A stretch of 39,408 nucleotides of DNA from Macrostomum lignano (Eukaryota). The notes beneath the pieces were generated by a model that had not been told where the DNA came from, searched no databases, and worked only from the letters and a program-made list of their open reading frames with translations. The stretch's first letter is position 1. The number at the start of each line of letters is the position of its first letter. Positions 21,268-33,854 of the stretch are shown piece after piece. The translations under genes were made by a program, and so were the position numbers. The DNA lies in assembly GCA_002269645.1 (NCBI GenBank), contig NIVC01004649.1:1-39408 (forward strand). Reading direction: 5' to 3'.

Positions 21268-23281
21268 CTTAGATGCTTAAAAGCGTCGGAAAGGCCGTGG
21301 AAAAGCCGTGGGAAATCCACGGAAAAGACTTTCTAGAACTTTCCCGGGGCAAGAATAATTATCAGGCGTGATGTGATACTTCAATGTTATTTAGATTGAA
21401 ACACTTTGACTTTAGTTAAAGTATATGGTACAGGACTGGCAACTACTGACTTCCTCAGTATATGCAATACAATAAACCAATCCCAGACCTTTCCTCGTAT
21501 CTATCTATCCCAAATTGCAGACCTACATGCATTTAAGCCGATTGAACCCATCTTCGCTGCATAAGACCTTGCAAAAATACTAAGAATTTAATTTACTAAG
21601 AATTTGTCACTTTCAATATCTTTACAAACTGGAATGAGTGGGCTCAAAATTCTGGACTAATATGTAAAAATATATTTAATAAGCATTCCATAAGTTTCTT
21701 TAATCTCAATGGCTTTTGGCAGAGTGTTATTGTGAATTTTCACACGTATATACAACTATGTGTAGAAAAAAAGCAGAAAAACGCTGGCATTGCTACTTAG
21801 TAGGCAGTTGACAATCACAACTGCAGATATTTAAGAGGGAAGAGGAACATGGTAAACCAGCTTTCAATAGCAGTTTAAGTAAGATTTTATTCAAAACAAA
21901 CTCGATCAGCTGAAAAAGAAGTAGCCCTTTTAGCTGAAAGTAAAATATGCTTCTCTAACGTCCATTTCATTGAATGTGGTGTCAAATTTCACTTTGCTTC
22001 TTCTGTCATTAACGACAGCTACCGGGTAAAATGCCACTCAAGTTCCAAAGTGGCTAGGATTGCGTCCAGTGCTTTGCAAGGCATCTCTGTTCCAGAAGCA
22101 AACCCGAGCAGCGGTCCCACCGGTGAGTTGGTCGCCTCTGATGAGTCTCGTGAGTCCTCTACTGCACACGGAGTGAAGTCATGGTCATCGATGGTCCTAA
22201 AATTGCAATCCTGTTTAAGTAAATGCGTGCAAACTTTTTTGAAGCAGGGAAAACTATTGAGAAGTATGAGGGGGAGTTTTTTTCGTATTTTTTCGTTTTC
22301 TGTTTTTTCTCGTGTTCTATTTGCGACACCAAATGCAACATAAATTGTTTATTCGACTATCGTACATCCAGTCTTTCCCGAGACCAATAAATGGGGAATA
22401 TTTGATGTATCCATCAATTGTCTCTGGTCTGAAGCGGAACTAGGACGTTAATTTGCTTTATGTTAAACTTCGGGTATCGTTGTGAACTTGTTCACAACCG
22501 GTGCAGATAAATGAAATAAACAATTAAACCATAGACTATACTGCACCAGTGCTCGCAATCTTTCTAAACTACTATTAACAACTTAAATAAGTAGTAACTG
22601 TGCACATAGCCTAAGCTAAGGTTGTAAACTTAAACTTGCATTTGAGTTGGGCGAAAGAAATTAAATGACAGAGTGATAAGTTGAAACCGGAAACGCGAGG
22701 AGACTGGAAAGCCTCATCAGCAAAGAAACCAGGCAGGCATTGTTAATCAGATATTTTGTGCATTCGAATATTTGCACGTCGCAACTATTCTTCATCTATA
22801 GGCCTAATCTTCTTTGCATTAGCGCTAGATGCCTTTCTCCGGTGCTTTCTGGCCTCGCGCTGCTGGAGCAGGGGAGAAGCGCAGACGGGGGCAAACAGTG
22901 CCACAGCGAGAGTCCCTCGCCGAATGGTTCGGAAGAGCGTGGCACCTCTTTGATGCCCCCAGAGGTACACAGACATCCCATCGCCATCAATTTTGGTTTG
23001 GGAGATTAAAGTCAGATCGGAAGTTGTTTAACCAAGTCGCATTTCCTTAGGCAAATTTCTTCGCCTACTCAGAATGTTTGCACAGGGCTTGGGGCCTCGC
23101 CTCCGTTTCTGGGCTGTCAGTTCAACGCTTAACGCGCTTCCTTGCCAGTAATTCTGTCCTGAATTGGTCTATCTTTGGAGGTGGTCTTTAACTTTCCAAA
23201 TGAATAAGCTCATGATCAGTAATCACTATAGTTATAATCAGCAGCTACCCCCCAAACTCACGCTGTGGGTCCATTGGTGAT

Positions 23282-23318
23282 TAGGGACTGCAATCCCGGG
23301 ATCCCGAAATCCCGGGAC
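23282..23318. mobile_element. Solo terminal fragment of a TAG-ended (hAT-like) element
   Basis: TAGGGACTGCAATCCCGGGATCCCGAAATCCCGGGAC resembles the TAG terminus and ATCCCG-rich subterminal motifs of the 35862 MITE. No partner end was found. Confidence 0.3.
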
Positions 23319-24737
23319 AAATATTTTTATTATTTTTGCAAAAAGTGTTGTAATATGAACATAATTGGGCTCACAATTAGTATATTGATACTGCGCTAAT
23401 TTCCGTTAATTGACCCACGTCGCGTGGCGCCTTTTTAAACCCCGCATCACAGATTTATATTTGAAATTTATTCTAATGTATATTTTGTCTCCATAACTAG
23501 AGGGAGATACGTGCTATAAAGTTTTTATTATTGAATGACAATCGCCAAGAAGAAAGTGAAAAATTGTGCTAAGTTAAGTTGTTAAGGCAGTCAAACATTC
23601 AACAGAATTAAATAGGCCTAGTTATACTGCTGTTTTTCTTGGAAGATACGAACCGATTCTGATTCTGGAATTGGTAATATGAAAAGCCTTAGGGTAGAGC
23701 CACGAAATAGGTTACAGAGGGGCTGACCCAAAAAAATCGATAAACTCACACCCGTCCAACCCCGCACAGGCTTCGTGCGTGGGTATGTACACAAAGATAG
23801 CGAATGTACACCCTCACAACTAACTCTATCCTATATACTAAAAATGGAATAGTTAGTGTACATGCTTTTAAATTCGTGTCTAAAAAGCTAAAGCCTACCT
23901 ACGGAGTCCAATATCTGCATCAGGCAGATGACAACTGATTGCCTGCAGAATGCAAGAAGGCAAGGGGGGACAAAGAACAGAAATTCTCTCCTCCTCCTTT
24001 CGTGACTGCAGAAGCGACCGGTCGAAAGCGTGGAGCGGAGGCTGAGCTGATATTTCTATCTATTCTCTTTGAACACGGCGGGCTGCGTGACCCGCTAGCT
24101 GAGAATTTTTCATTATTTCGCTCACTGGCCGCAACAAGGCGTTTGCGACAAATTTCGTTCGCGTTTGTCCAAAGATTGATTAAGGCGGCTGGGCATTTGC
24201 TTTTAATTTTCTGCAACTTGTAGCAGAGTTGCTTCCCGCCCACTGAGCTTGCCAGAGGAATTGCTTCCCTCTCTCTTTCTCCATCTGCTTTCATCGGGAT
24301 TAGCGAAGAAACAATTCTTCTTTTTTTGATACAGGAACCACGATATGGAATCATTTGGCGATTTATGGCGCAAAAGCAACACGCGGTGAGGCATTCGCTT
24401 TTGCCGTAAGAATCGCCGTCCTAACAAAGACACGCGACTCGCTACTGTTTCCGTGGTGGAGAGACGCGGAGTAGCGCTTCTCTCCCTCCGACCCGCCCCT
24501 GGGGAGCGGCGGCCGTTACTGAAATTGATCGTTTGAAGTTGAAAGATTAGCCAATTCGGATGCTGCTTGGGTATTAATTAAAACTGTCTTGTCATTAAGA
24601 AAGAACAAAGCCAACTTGTCCCGCGCTGAGAAGAAATCGAACACTTGCAGCACCCCCGCGGAAACTTCCACTTTATAGAATCGTATTTTAAAATATGAAA
24701 TTTTCAATAAAAACTATCTTGTTTTCTTAATAATCTC

Positions 24738-25072
24738 TGGCTTGACTTACTTGACTTAGCTGCAAGGGGGCATCCACCGGCGGATGTAGCGAGGAGGCAG
24801 AGGTGACCGCCCATTCCCCGAGCCCCTGGCCACCAATAACTTCCATCGAAGTCGCTCAGGGGACCCGTCGGTCTCGACTACAGCGGGGTGCTCCTGGCGG
24901 TGGCGAAGAACTCAGCTCGTCCCGTGTCCCTGGGGTACCGGGCGAGCAGCGGTATGCTCTCGGTCTCGGGCCTGCAAGCGTCAGGGAGAACAGGGTTTGA
25001 CCCGAGGTGAGTGAGTCCGGCCCTTGGTGAAGACCGGGCAGTGGCCAGATAAAGTGCTCAGCGTTTTCAATG
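24738..25072 (-). mobile_element. Second, shorter and degenerate 3' fragment of the same non-LTR family
   Basis: 24741-24764 is the exact reverse complement of 11189-11212. Frameshifted translation ENAEHFI..CPVFT..LTHLG..DACRPE..RY....RAEF matches ETAEHFV.ICPAFT..LTYLG..EACKPE..RY....RAEL. Candidate TSD: CTTAATAATCTC (24726-24737) / CTTAAGAATCTC (25073-25084). Confidence 0.85.
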
Positions 25073-27051
25073 CTTAAGAATCTCAATCCAGAGAAGTTTC
25101 TTTTTTTGAGACACTCAACTCAAAGATTCGGATTGCTTTGAAAAAATGAAAACAAAAAAATCTACCCCTCATAATATGAAACGGCTCTAATGTTGAGTTT
25201 GACATACAAATCTGGATTGGCTCATTATCCATAAGAGTTTTCAAACGTGGATTTTCAGTAAAAATCGCAACAGCCCAGTCAGCACCTGTTCACCCGCTAA
25301 AATTAATATCAGAAAGGTCTATAAGGCAAATCAAGCTTGAAATCTGGATCAGTAATCAGGATTATATCGACATGGGATAAATATATATGAGAGCTCCATC
25401 AGATTTGGTCCCAGTTTGAGAGGCTGGAGAATCTGGGGAGCGGGGATTTAAGAAAAATGAGCGGGGCCAGTATTTTATAGAAGCTGGCAAAAGAAGACCC
25501 CGGGAGCATAGAGGAGAAATCCCATAGCATAATCCCCCCCGCCAAAGCCGAGTTCAAGTCTTCCACTGTCCGCGCGGAGCTGCGCAGCGGAAAAGCGAAT
25601 TTTTAATGACTTTAATTAGTCTTAAGTCTTCCAGCCGGCTCGGCACAGCGGCCCGATGAAAGTGAATTATTCAGAGCCTGGAAGATCCCCGTCTCCCTGA
25701 AAGACCGAGCTCTCTCTGCCCATCACCCTTCGAATGCTTGCGGTGCCATCAAACAGGCGGGCCGGGGGCATAACTCACCTGTAATTAACTGATAGGAGGA
25801 GGAGAATAGGCCTTCCCACTTTTCATCCCGCCTCGAAAGCTCCATGGATCCGACCCAACCCCCCCCCCCCAACCGGAGCGGCTGCGGTCTCCCCGGGGAG
25901 ATTCCGGTTGTAGCTGAGTTATGGCCGCGTTTCCTGACGGCAGCTCGGCCTTGTCCGGCCATTTCTACTCTAATTCACCTGAGATTGCTCCGGCCGAGGC
26001 TGTGAAAGCTAAAGCGGACCAATTTGCCTAATGGCTTATGGAAGCCGAGGCCATTAGTTATGCAGCCGCGGCACCAGCCGCGGAGCAACAGGGATCGGCG
26101 GGTGTGGCGAGTTCCTGCCCTGACAAATCTCTGCACAGTGTGTAGATAAAACACACACTTGCTGTATATATCCTTTATAGCTTGTATAGCCCCCCCCCAC
26201 TTTTAATTCTGAGTAGTGGTGGCCTTTCAGCTAGATCTGGAGCGATCGCAATTCACCGCCACTCCCCAATCAAGATCACACAAAGATTTATTGCTCCGCA
26301 CAGTCACTCCGCTTCTTTCATGCTCAGATTCAGCTGATCAACCGAATTATAACACCTTGCGCCGTTTCTTCTCTTTCAATCTAAAAATAAAAGCAGATTT
26401 GCTCAATTCTTCAGACAGAGAGTGTGCAAATATTTATCAACTACAAGCGTATATTCATAGGTTGGAGATTTCGTTGTGTCAATTTTCTGTCGCGTGGCAG
26501 AAGAGCAGTGAGAAAAAAGCAATGAGTTGAGAGGCGCAATCAATTAGATTGAATTGTCTTCGGGCAAATATATGAGAGCTGCCAATGGGTGTTTGACGAT
26601 GTTTGACCCGCCTTGGCTCACAGCATGAAATTCAGGCCCCAACAGTTTGGGGTCTCTTTGGTCTCTGTAAAGGAAATATTGATGAGGATTTGGGATTTCT
26701 TTGTAGGGGTGTATAGGGAGCGCTCTCGCATTGGCTGGACCGCAGTCAGACTCCTCCCCCTTAGAGTTTTCCAATTCCAGCTATTCCTCATCTCTGCTCT
26801 ACCCCTCAGAGCCTGAGCAGCCTCGCATTCTCGCTCCGACACTGGGGAGAAGCAGAAATTCTTAGGGGGGGGGGAGTTTGAGTCCGCGGGCAGGCCGCGA
26901 CCAATGGGATCCTGAGCAGGAGCTTTGGGAGGAGCGGAGGCTGGGACTCCCATCGGAAATAGCTGCATCACCTGTCGGCTCTGGCATCGAATTTCGACTC
27001 GATTGTTCAGGCTCTTCCTTCCTCAACCGCCTCCGGCCTCCAGCCTCCAGC

Positions 27052-28275
27052 ATGACAGCTCCGTACTTTGCCCACTTCGGCCGCAGGCCACCGTGGCTGC
27101 AGCAGGGCAGCTTCGGCCGAATTCCGCCTCCGCCGCCTCCGCCGCTGCCGCCGCCGCCACCGCAGATGTTTCCCAACATCGGTTGCCATCCTTACAATTT
27201 CCCACCTGGACTTCATCCGCACGCTTCTGCCGCGCCGTTTCTTGACCCGCTCAACATGGTGCACCTGAACTGCTTGATGCAGCAGTCGCTGATGCCGCCG
27301 CATCCTCTGCCGTCGCCGCTGCCTCCCCCTCCGCCGCCACCTCCTCTGCAGCGACCGCCGCAAGCAGCGATGCACGAGTTCTTGAACAGCAAATTGCCAT
27401 TGAAGTCACCGCCATCGAATTCGCCGCCGCATCCCCTGCCGCCGCCGCCTCCGCCACCACCTCCGCCGCCCCCGCCGCCACCGCCACCAAAGTCCCAGGC
27501 GGGCCCGAAACGAAAGGCAACTCGTCGAACAGCGGCGCCGAAGGACGGCGACAACGACAACAGAAGCCCGGTGAGCGGCACCCTCATTCGCAAGCTGACG
27601 GACAAGGACGGTGTCCGTCAATCGGCCGACATCCCCGAGCCGTCAAAGTTCGTGGCCGTCACGCCGGAGACCAAAGCGCAGCTTGCCAAGATAAAAAATG
27701 TGATTGGCGACTTCGACTGCCAGCTGTGCTCGGTGAAGTACCCGGACGCGTTCCAACTGGCCCAGCACCGCTGCCCGGGAATCGAGCACATCCACTACAA
27801 ATGCGAGGACTGCGACAAGTCGTTCAACTGCCCGGCCAACCTGGCCAGCCACAAGCGCTGGCATAAGCCGAAACCGCCGGGCGGCTCGCTGAAGAGATCG
27901 AAAGACTCAACGGTTGCAACGGGCAAACCGGCCGAGATCTCAACGCCGCGACAGTCGAAACCCTATCCGTTCAGAATCGAGGACATCCTGCTTGATTCAG
28001 CCAGCTGCAGGCCGGGAGGCAAGCGAGGGCGTCAGGACGTTAAGCCGGAAAAGTTAGAAACGCCGTCAAAAACTGACGACATCGATGCCAGCGACACCAG
28101 CTCCGCCGGTGACAGCTCGATGGATCGCTGCATCTGCGGCTGCCTGCTGACTAAGCAGGAGCTGGAGGAGCACATGCTGAAGCACCTGATGGAGAAGGCG
28201 GCCTCTGTGAAAGCCGAAGCTCTCGAGAGACAGCAGCAGCAGCCGGTGTTCCCGGAGCCACTGACAGACAATTAA
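27052..28275 (+). CDS. insm1: INSM/nerfin/egl-46 family C2H2 zinc-finger transcription factor, intronless, 407 aa
   Basis: SPVSGTLIR...KAQLAKIKNVIGDFDCQLCSVKYPDAFQLAQHRCPGIEHIHYKCEDCDKSFNCPANLASHKRWHKP (fingers 27712-27870) is the diagnostic INSM finger pair. The first in-frame ATG is at 27052 (cagcATGA), with an in-frame TAG at 26863. The N-terminal half is proline-rich. Confidence 0.93.
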   Translation: MTAPYFAHFGRRPPWLQQGSFGRIPPPPPPPLPPPPPQMFPNIGCHPYNFPPGLHPHASAAPFLDPLNMVHLNCLMQQSLMPPHPLPSPLPPPPPPPPLQRPPQAAMHEFLNSKLPLKSPPSNSPPHPLPPPPPPPPPPPPPPPPPKSQAGPKRKATRRTAAPKDGDNDNRSPVSGTLIRKLTDKDGVRQSADIPEPSKFVAVTPETKAQLAKIKNVIGDFDCQLCSVKYPDAFQLAQHRCPGIEHIHYKCEDCDKSFNCPANLASHKRWHKPKPPGGSLKRSKDSTVATGKPAEISTPRQSKPYPFRIEDILLDSASCRPGGKRGRQDVKPEKLETPSKTDDIDASDTSSAGDSSMDRCICGCLLTKQELEEHMLKHLMEKAASVKAEALERQQQQPVFPEPLTDN

Positions 28276-28712
28276 TTGACTTATTCGTTTACCGATTAGC
28301 TTACTGTATCCTGCCATCTAGATATGAACAGTTTTGTTATAATCATATAATTTGGAGTTTCCCGCGCTTTAAGGTTAGTCATGTGGAAAGTTATATTTTG
28401 CTGCAGGATGTTTTCAGAATTAAGCAGTTGAGCCAAATTGAGGTCAAATTTTTAATTATATGAAATATAGATGTGGTTTCACATCGCATAGCTACGCTCG
28501 TATAGCCGCTGAACATCCTCGCACAAAAATACAACTTTTTACGCGTAAGCGATCAAAAGTTTAAAGTTTTTGAATTTAAAAAACTTTGCTTTCTTATACT
28601 TTTTGGAGTGTAAATTCATTGAATGATATAAAGCGAAAGTTCCCTCCCTATAGATTTTAAAATCTTGCGTGTGAAATGTACTTCTTATGCATAAAATGTA
28701 ACAAATATTACC

Positions 28713-28718
28713 AATAAA
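28713..28718 (+). promoter_or_regulatory. Candidate polyadenylation signal of the INSM gene
   Basis: AATAAA lies ~440 nt after the stop, in an AT-rich 3' region. Confidence 0.35.
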
Positions 28719-29926
28719 TTTTGTTATAACACACAGTTAAACTGTGTTCCTAAAAGTACGCAATGAATGAAAAGAGTCGATCTGCAAGGTGCAGCAGTGC
28801 AATGACAAGTGGCTAAAGGTCGCTACTAGCCGCTGCTGATGAATCTACCAAGGAGGCCGATGCAGCAGCTGTAGTCCAGCTGCAGGAGAATGGACGGCCT
28901 GAGCTAACCTTCTTAAAGGATTACCGCCGCTGCAAGACAATGGCATGAACATTGGGAAACAATGAGACAGGTCGGGTGTTTGCTTACCGTCAATACTTGA
29001 GCTCGAGGATCTGAGAGGATCAAATTTCAGTAGCTTTTTTGCGGACGGTGAGTGAAATGGGATCTGTCTCTGAATTGCATGAGCAGCGAGTGGTGACGGC
29101 AGCTGTGCATCGCTCCTGAGCCTTGATCTGCGAATGCCAAAATTTAGCAGCAGCTAATAACCGACAAAAATGATTGGATGGTAAACTGAATTGTCAGCTC
29201 TTTTTCCAACTGTTGGAAACAAATTTATGCTTTTTTATGCGTTATAATTTACTTGTGCAACTTTACAATTTTACTGGCTGTGAGGCAGCACGTCTCAACC
29301 CCCTCACAGAACTCTGGTTGGGACTCTGTTTCTGTATGTTTGTTTTCTCAACTATTGTCTCAGGCTCCTGTCAACAACTCGTGACTGAAACTTCCCCATT
29401 AGGAAGCAGACGGCATCCAGACTCTCTTGGATTTGACAGCAAAAATTCGGCACCATCGTCGGTTCCCCTGCGTGCGCATAAATTTCTGTTGAAATTTTTA
29501 AACAAATCCGAAAGACTCAATGTTTGCTCAAAAATCTCAATATTCTTCGCGTGAAATGTCGGGTTGAGTCAGAAATAGCGAAACTACCTGACCAGTTGCC
29601 ACAATATTGTATAGAATGAGACAGAAATCTCATCAAGAATTCAAAATTGCAGGTGAATACTAAAGGCCCGATTTCAGCAAATTCAGTTGCCAAATATCTT
29701 CAACACTCCGTTAGCAAAATTTATTCACAGAAACGAGTAGGTTTCTCTGAGACCTTGAATTTTGCCAGGACCCATGTGTGATGTGCAGTGGCTCGATTCT
29801 GCATCTGGTATGTAGGGGGATAGTTTGCTAAGCTGCAGGTGAAGTTTTCCCACTTGCTGGTAGACAGACAATTGATTATGCAATCGCCTGTAAAACTGTG
29901 GTGAAGCTGTTTGCTATTCACTGATC

Positions 29927-30697
29927 CAGGCAGGGGCCATGGATTTTGTGGTGGGGGGACAAAGCCAAGAATTCAACATGCACATGTACATGACTAAATT
30001 TCATGTACATGTGCATGAAATTTAAAGTACATGACGCAAGCACTCATTTTAGCGCCGCAAGCACTCATTTTAGCGCCGCAGGCACTCATTTTAGCGCCGC
30101 AGGCACTCATTTTAGCGCCGCAGGCACTGATTTTAGCGCCGCGGGCACTCATTTTGGCACCCCAGGCACTCCTTTTGGCGCCGCAAGCACTCATTTTAGC
30201 GCCGCAGGCACTCCTTTTGGCGCCGCAGGCACTCATTTTAGCGCCGCAGGCACTCATTTTGGCGCCACGGGCATTCCTTTTAGCGCCGCAGGCACTCATT
30301 TTTAGCGCCACAGGCACTCATTTTTGGGCCGCAGGCACTCCTTTTGGCGCCACGGGCATTCCTTTTAGCGCCGCAGGCACTCATTTTAGCGCTGCAGGCA
30401 CTCATTTTAGCGCCGCAGGCACTCCTTTTGGCGCCACGGGCATTCCTTTTAGCGCCGCAGGCACTCATTTTAGCGCCGCAGGCACTCATTTCGGCGCCGC
30501 AAGCACTCATTTTAGCGCCGCAGGCACTCATTTCGGCGCCGAAAGCGCTATATCTTGGCGCCTTGAAGAAAAATTTTTGATTACCACAACGACTCACAAG
30601 GTGGGGTGGAGGGGACAAAGCATTGGCATGTCCCCCCCAAAGCTTTTACTGGCGGGGGGGACATGTCCCCTTTGTCCCCCCGGTGGCGACGCGCCTG
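29927..30697. mobile_element. MITE-like element enclosing a minisatellite
   Basis: GATC|CAGGC...GCCTG|GATC ends. Perfect inner inverted repeat GGGGGGACAAAG (29953-29964) / CTTTGTCCCCCC (30670-30681). Palindrome GGGGACATGTCCCC near 30657-30670. Confidence 0.55.
30035..30541. repeat. 21-bp minisatellite (GCAGGCACTCATTTTAGCGCC), ~24 copies
   Basis: Direct reading. A recurrent variant GCCACGGGCATTCCTTTT appears at about 30263, 30351 and 30433. Confidence 0.95.
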
Positions 30698-33600
30698 GAT
30701 CCAACAAACGCGCTATTGAAATGTCTAGGGTTTCTGCACAAGCATCACCGCTATTCACATAAGCTTGTAGCCGCTTCTGCTGTGTCGTCTAAAACTTACG
30801 AAATTTTTATAAGGAATTCTCTATATAAAACACTTTGAAAAAGAAGGGTCCTGTACAAAAAAGCTCACTACTCCTCTTAGAATGAAGATTGACAAAAATC
30901 GAGTTGTGCATCTTGTAAAGGGATAGATTCTGTACAGGATGGCGAAAAACCAGCTTTCTACATTCAATTATAAATTCTGGGGAGCACTAGAAAAAACCAG
31001 CCTCCAAATATTTTCTGCATGATTTGGCCGGTTTCCCATCCCTAGTTTAAGTATAGTCCCTGCTCGGAGAACAATAAAAACCTGTAACCAAGGGGCAGCA
31101 AGGAAACAGTGCGCAGTCATGAGCAAATTTCTCTAAGCATCGAGCTGATTTCAGAACCATATAGACGCGGGCTCGTCAGGCCAGTGCTCACTTGCATTTT
31201 TTAGAAGACGTGTCCTCCGTGAGTTGGTCTCAATTTATTTGAGTCGGACGCGGGGCAGGAGAGCGAAGCAAATAGAAAAGCAGCTGCAAAGCTGTGGAAA
31301 AACTCTGCTGACAGTGGCAACCTGAAGAGAATTTCAATGCAATGCTGATTATTATTTAAGGCACTCGAGAGGCCGCGTGGCTGCAAAGTGTGGCTGGCTG
31401 ACAGGAAAGACGGTCGGGAAGAAAAGATTAACCAGGGTAGGGAGAGACAGCTCGCCTGAGGATGAGAAAAAAAAGTTAAACAAGCAACTTCGTTCTATTT
31501 GGCTCCCAAAAATTTGCTTCTGCCATGCACGAGCCAGCGCCATGGATGCGATGGTCATGGGGACACCTATGGTCTGGGGAAGATAGAGGGATTATAATCC
31601 CTGTGGCTGGAATCTCGGCCGGAACGCGTGATCCGTTCAATAGGGCCTGGCATATCGTGAAAAAAGCTGCAAACTGCGACCGCGTACAATTTTTTTAGCA
31701 AACTGGGGCCTGAAAAGGGCCAGAGACGCCGGGGCTGTAAATTAGACATTTCCTCCCTGCTCAGCCTCAATTCGCAAACAATTCCGCGGGTTGCTCAAGG
31801 CTCCGAGCTAGAAGTTTGAGCTGTATTTTAGCCTGAAAAGCAAGCGAGGAGGGAGGATGCGAGTCGCCGATAAAAAAGACATCGGTGGATTAAGATAAAA
31901 CAAGAAGTGGCGCAGCAATTATCAATGCGGCATCGCTAATTTACTCAGCCTCCTCCCGGCCTGGGTCCGATCTTCTGCTCAAGAAATCCGCATCCCTTCC
32001 TGCAGCACACGGGCGATGAAATCTAATAGGGACTGCAGGAGGGCATACAGATGGATAATAAATCGCAGCGCTAGCGGTGTCGTCTTATTGGGCTGGAGTG
32101 GATGAGAGCAAATGAGACACCGCAGCAAGCACTTGATAACGGCTAGGTACTAACGGCAATTTGTTTATGCCCAGCATCTTTCGCGAACACCGGGAGGAAC
32201 GCAAATAACATGCAGCAAGCTTAGATTTTCCTTGCATCTCAAAAAATGATTTATATATAACCTATTAGCTCGTATATTGGCCCTGATGGAGTTCTCGAAC
32301 CCCCCGGAACTGTAAGAAGTCACTTATGTACACAGTAAGAGGGCATATCCTGTGCAACAAATGTTATGATTTGAGTCTTGAAGAGTCCTGCTGGGCTCAT
32401 TTTCATTTTTCATTTTCAATGAGAGAGGGGCTCGTTTTCGTGCGGGCGCTATTTTATTTGACTGTCCACCAAAACCAGCACCAAGGGTGACGTTTAATTT
32501 CAAGGTACGCCACGTCGTTTGGAGGACGCCGATTTCATTTGAGGTGGTACCAGCCGTACTCTATTGTTGTTGTTCTTGCTGCCGCTGCAATTGTTGTTGC
32601 TGTGTCGTTGTTGGCATAAACTAGAAATTCAATAGTGCATTAAAACTATACAAATCTCGAGATTTTTTTGCGTTTCGCCCAAAAGTTCAGTTTATAATTT
32701 CCAAGAAAAAACGACATGCATTTAATAGCAACAATTTCCTCGAGCATAGTTACGACTCACTTGATGTAATTATCAGCTCGACAGTCGATTGTCACAATTT
32801 GATTCTTTGCACAAACACGAGATACACCGAACAATATTTTCCTCTGCTACTTAGATTCGCTCCAACTATTGAAACCTCAAAGTGCATTCTAAGCGCTGAA
32901 CAAAGCAGCCATCGTTGTTCATGAATGCTCTCTCAATATAAACACGAGACCGGCGTCTTTCGTCATCGACTTCCCAAAATTGGAGCAGATCCATGCTCGA
33001 AATGCTAGTCTACACCACCAACAAGACTTTGTTCAAAACAGAGGTAAAATGGTGTGTTCAATTCGATCAGACTGGGACAATTTTGTCGATGGCTAAACTT
33101 GCTTCGACCGGTGGCAGAATGAACAGAATGTTTTGAACTGGGTTTTGTTTTTATTGATGTTCCGTAAGTGTTGACCCAGTCTGAATTGTCTAAATTGAAT
33201 TTTCGCTAGTTTTCTTAGAACTGGACTTTGATCATAATAGAACGCGAAAAGGTGTACTAGTTGGCTTTTATCTTGCTTCGAGGGTGGATTAAAATTTGCT
33301 TGATTTTATCTACAATTTCTCACCAGTGGTAGACTGATAAGAGCTTCGTAAAATTGGATTCAGCACCTCTGCCACACAAAATTGTATCTGGTTATTCGAT
33401 GGTTGATGAGTGGTGAAAAACAGTGCTTTGTAAAATAGAGATAGAAAAATACCACTGGTTCGCTGGCTATTTACCAGTGGTAAGTGCTTCGTAAAATTGG
33501 TCCCTGGTGTTGCCTTTGAGTCATATCTATGATTCATGGCACAAAAATAAACACAGTGAGACCTAGAAGCAGTCTAACAGTAAACTGGGCTTCGAATTAA

Positions 33601-33854
33601 TTAAACGAGTCAAGTTTAAAAATTTTTAATCTACAGTGAAACAAAAAATTTTAGTGAAAAGCACAAGCAATGGCAGCTATTGATTGTTACGTCAAAAATT
33701 TACAGTTTTTAAATTTAGTATAAGTTTTATTTTCATGAACAGAATAAAGGGGTAAAGTCTGTTAACGTGCAGCTGCGCAAATCCAAATCTGGTCACTGGC
33801 CAGCCGTGTGCTCGATGACCACGAACACACACGTGTAGCCTAATACATGTACTA

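Noticed and set aside
22050-24433. Short ORFs (60-144 aa) between the two genes
   Set aside because: They show no motifs and overlap on both strands. The region is more likely shared upstream regulatory DNA of the divergently oriented genes.
25921-25950. ATGGCCGCGTTTCCTG would read MPRFL (SNAG-like) if one G were deleted
   Set aside because: It requires a hypothetical indel, lacks the G/S and VK residues, and has no convincing splice path to the INSM ORF.
26878-27051. TTG-initiated N-terminal extension of INSM
   Set aside because: It needs a non-ATG start in a eukaryote and has no conserved motif. The ATG at 27052 has good context.
26862-28317. Minus-strand and alternative-frame Gly/Arg/Ala-rich ORFs over INSM
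   Set aside because: They are shadows of the CCG-rich polyproline coding sequence.
29994-30762. ORFs with APQALIL / MSACGAK repeats
   Set aside because: These are artefacts of the 21-bp repeat, which is a multiple of 3.
32700-33120. Stop-poor stretches with DLLQFWEV (hAT-like?)
   Set aside because: There is no further transposase motif and no start or splice support.
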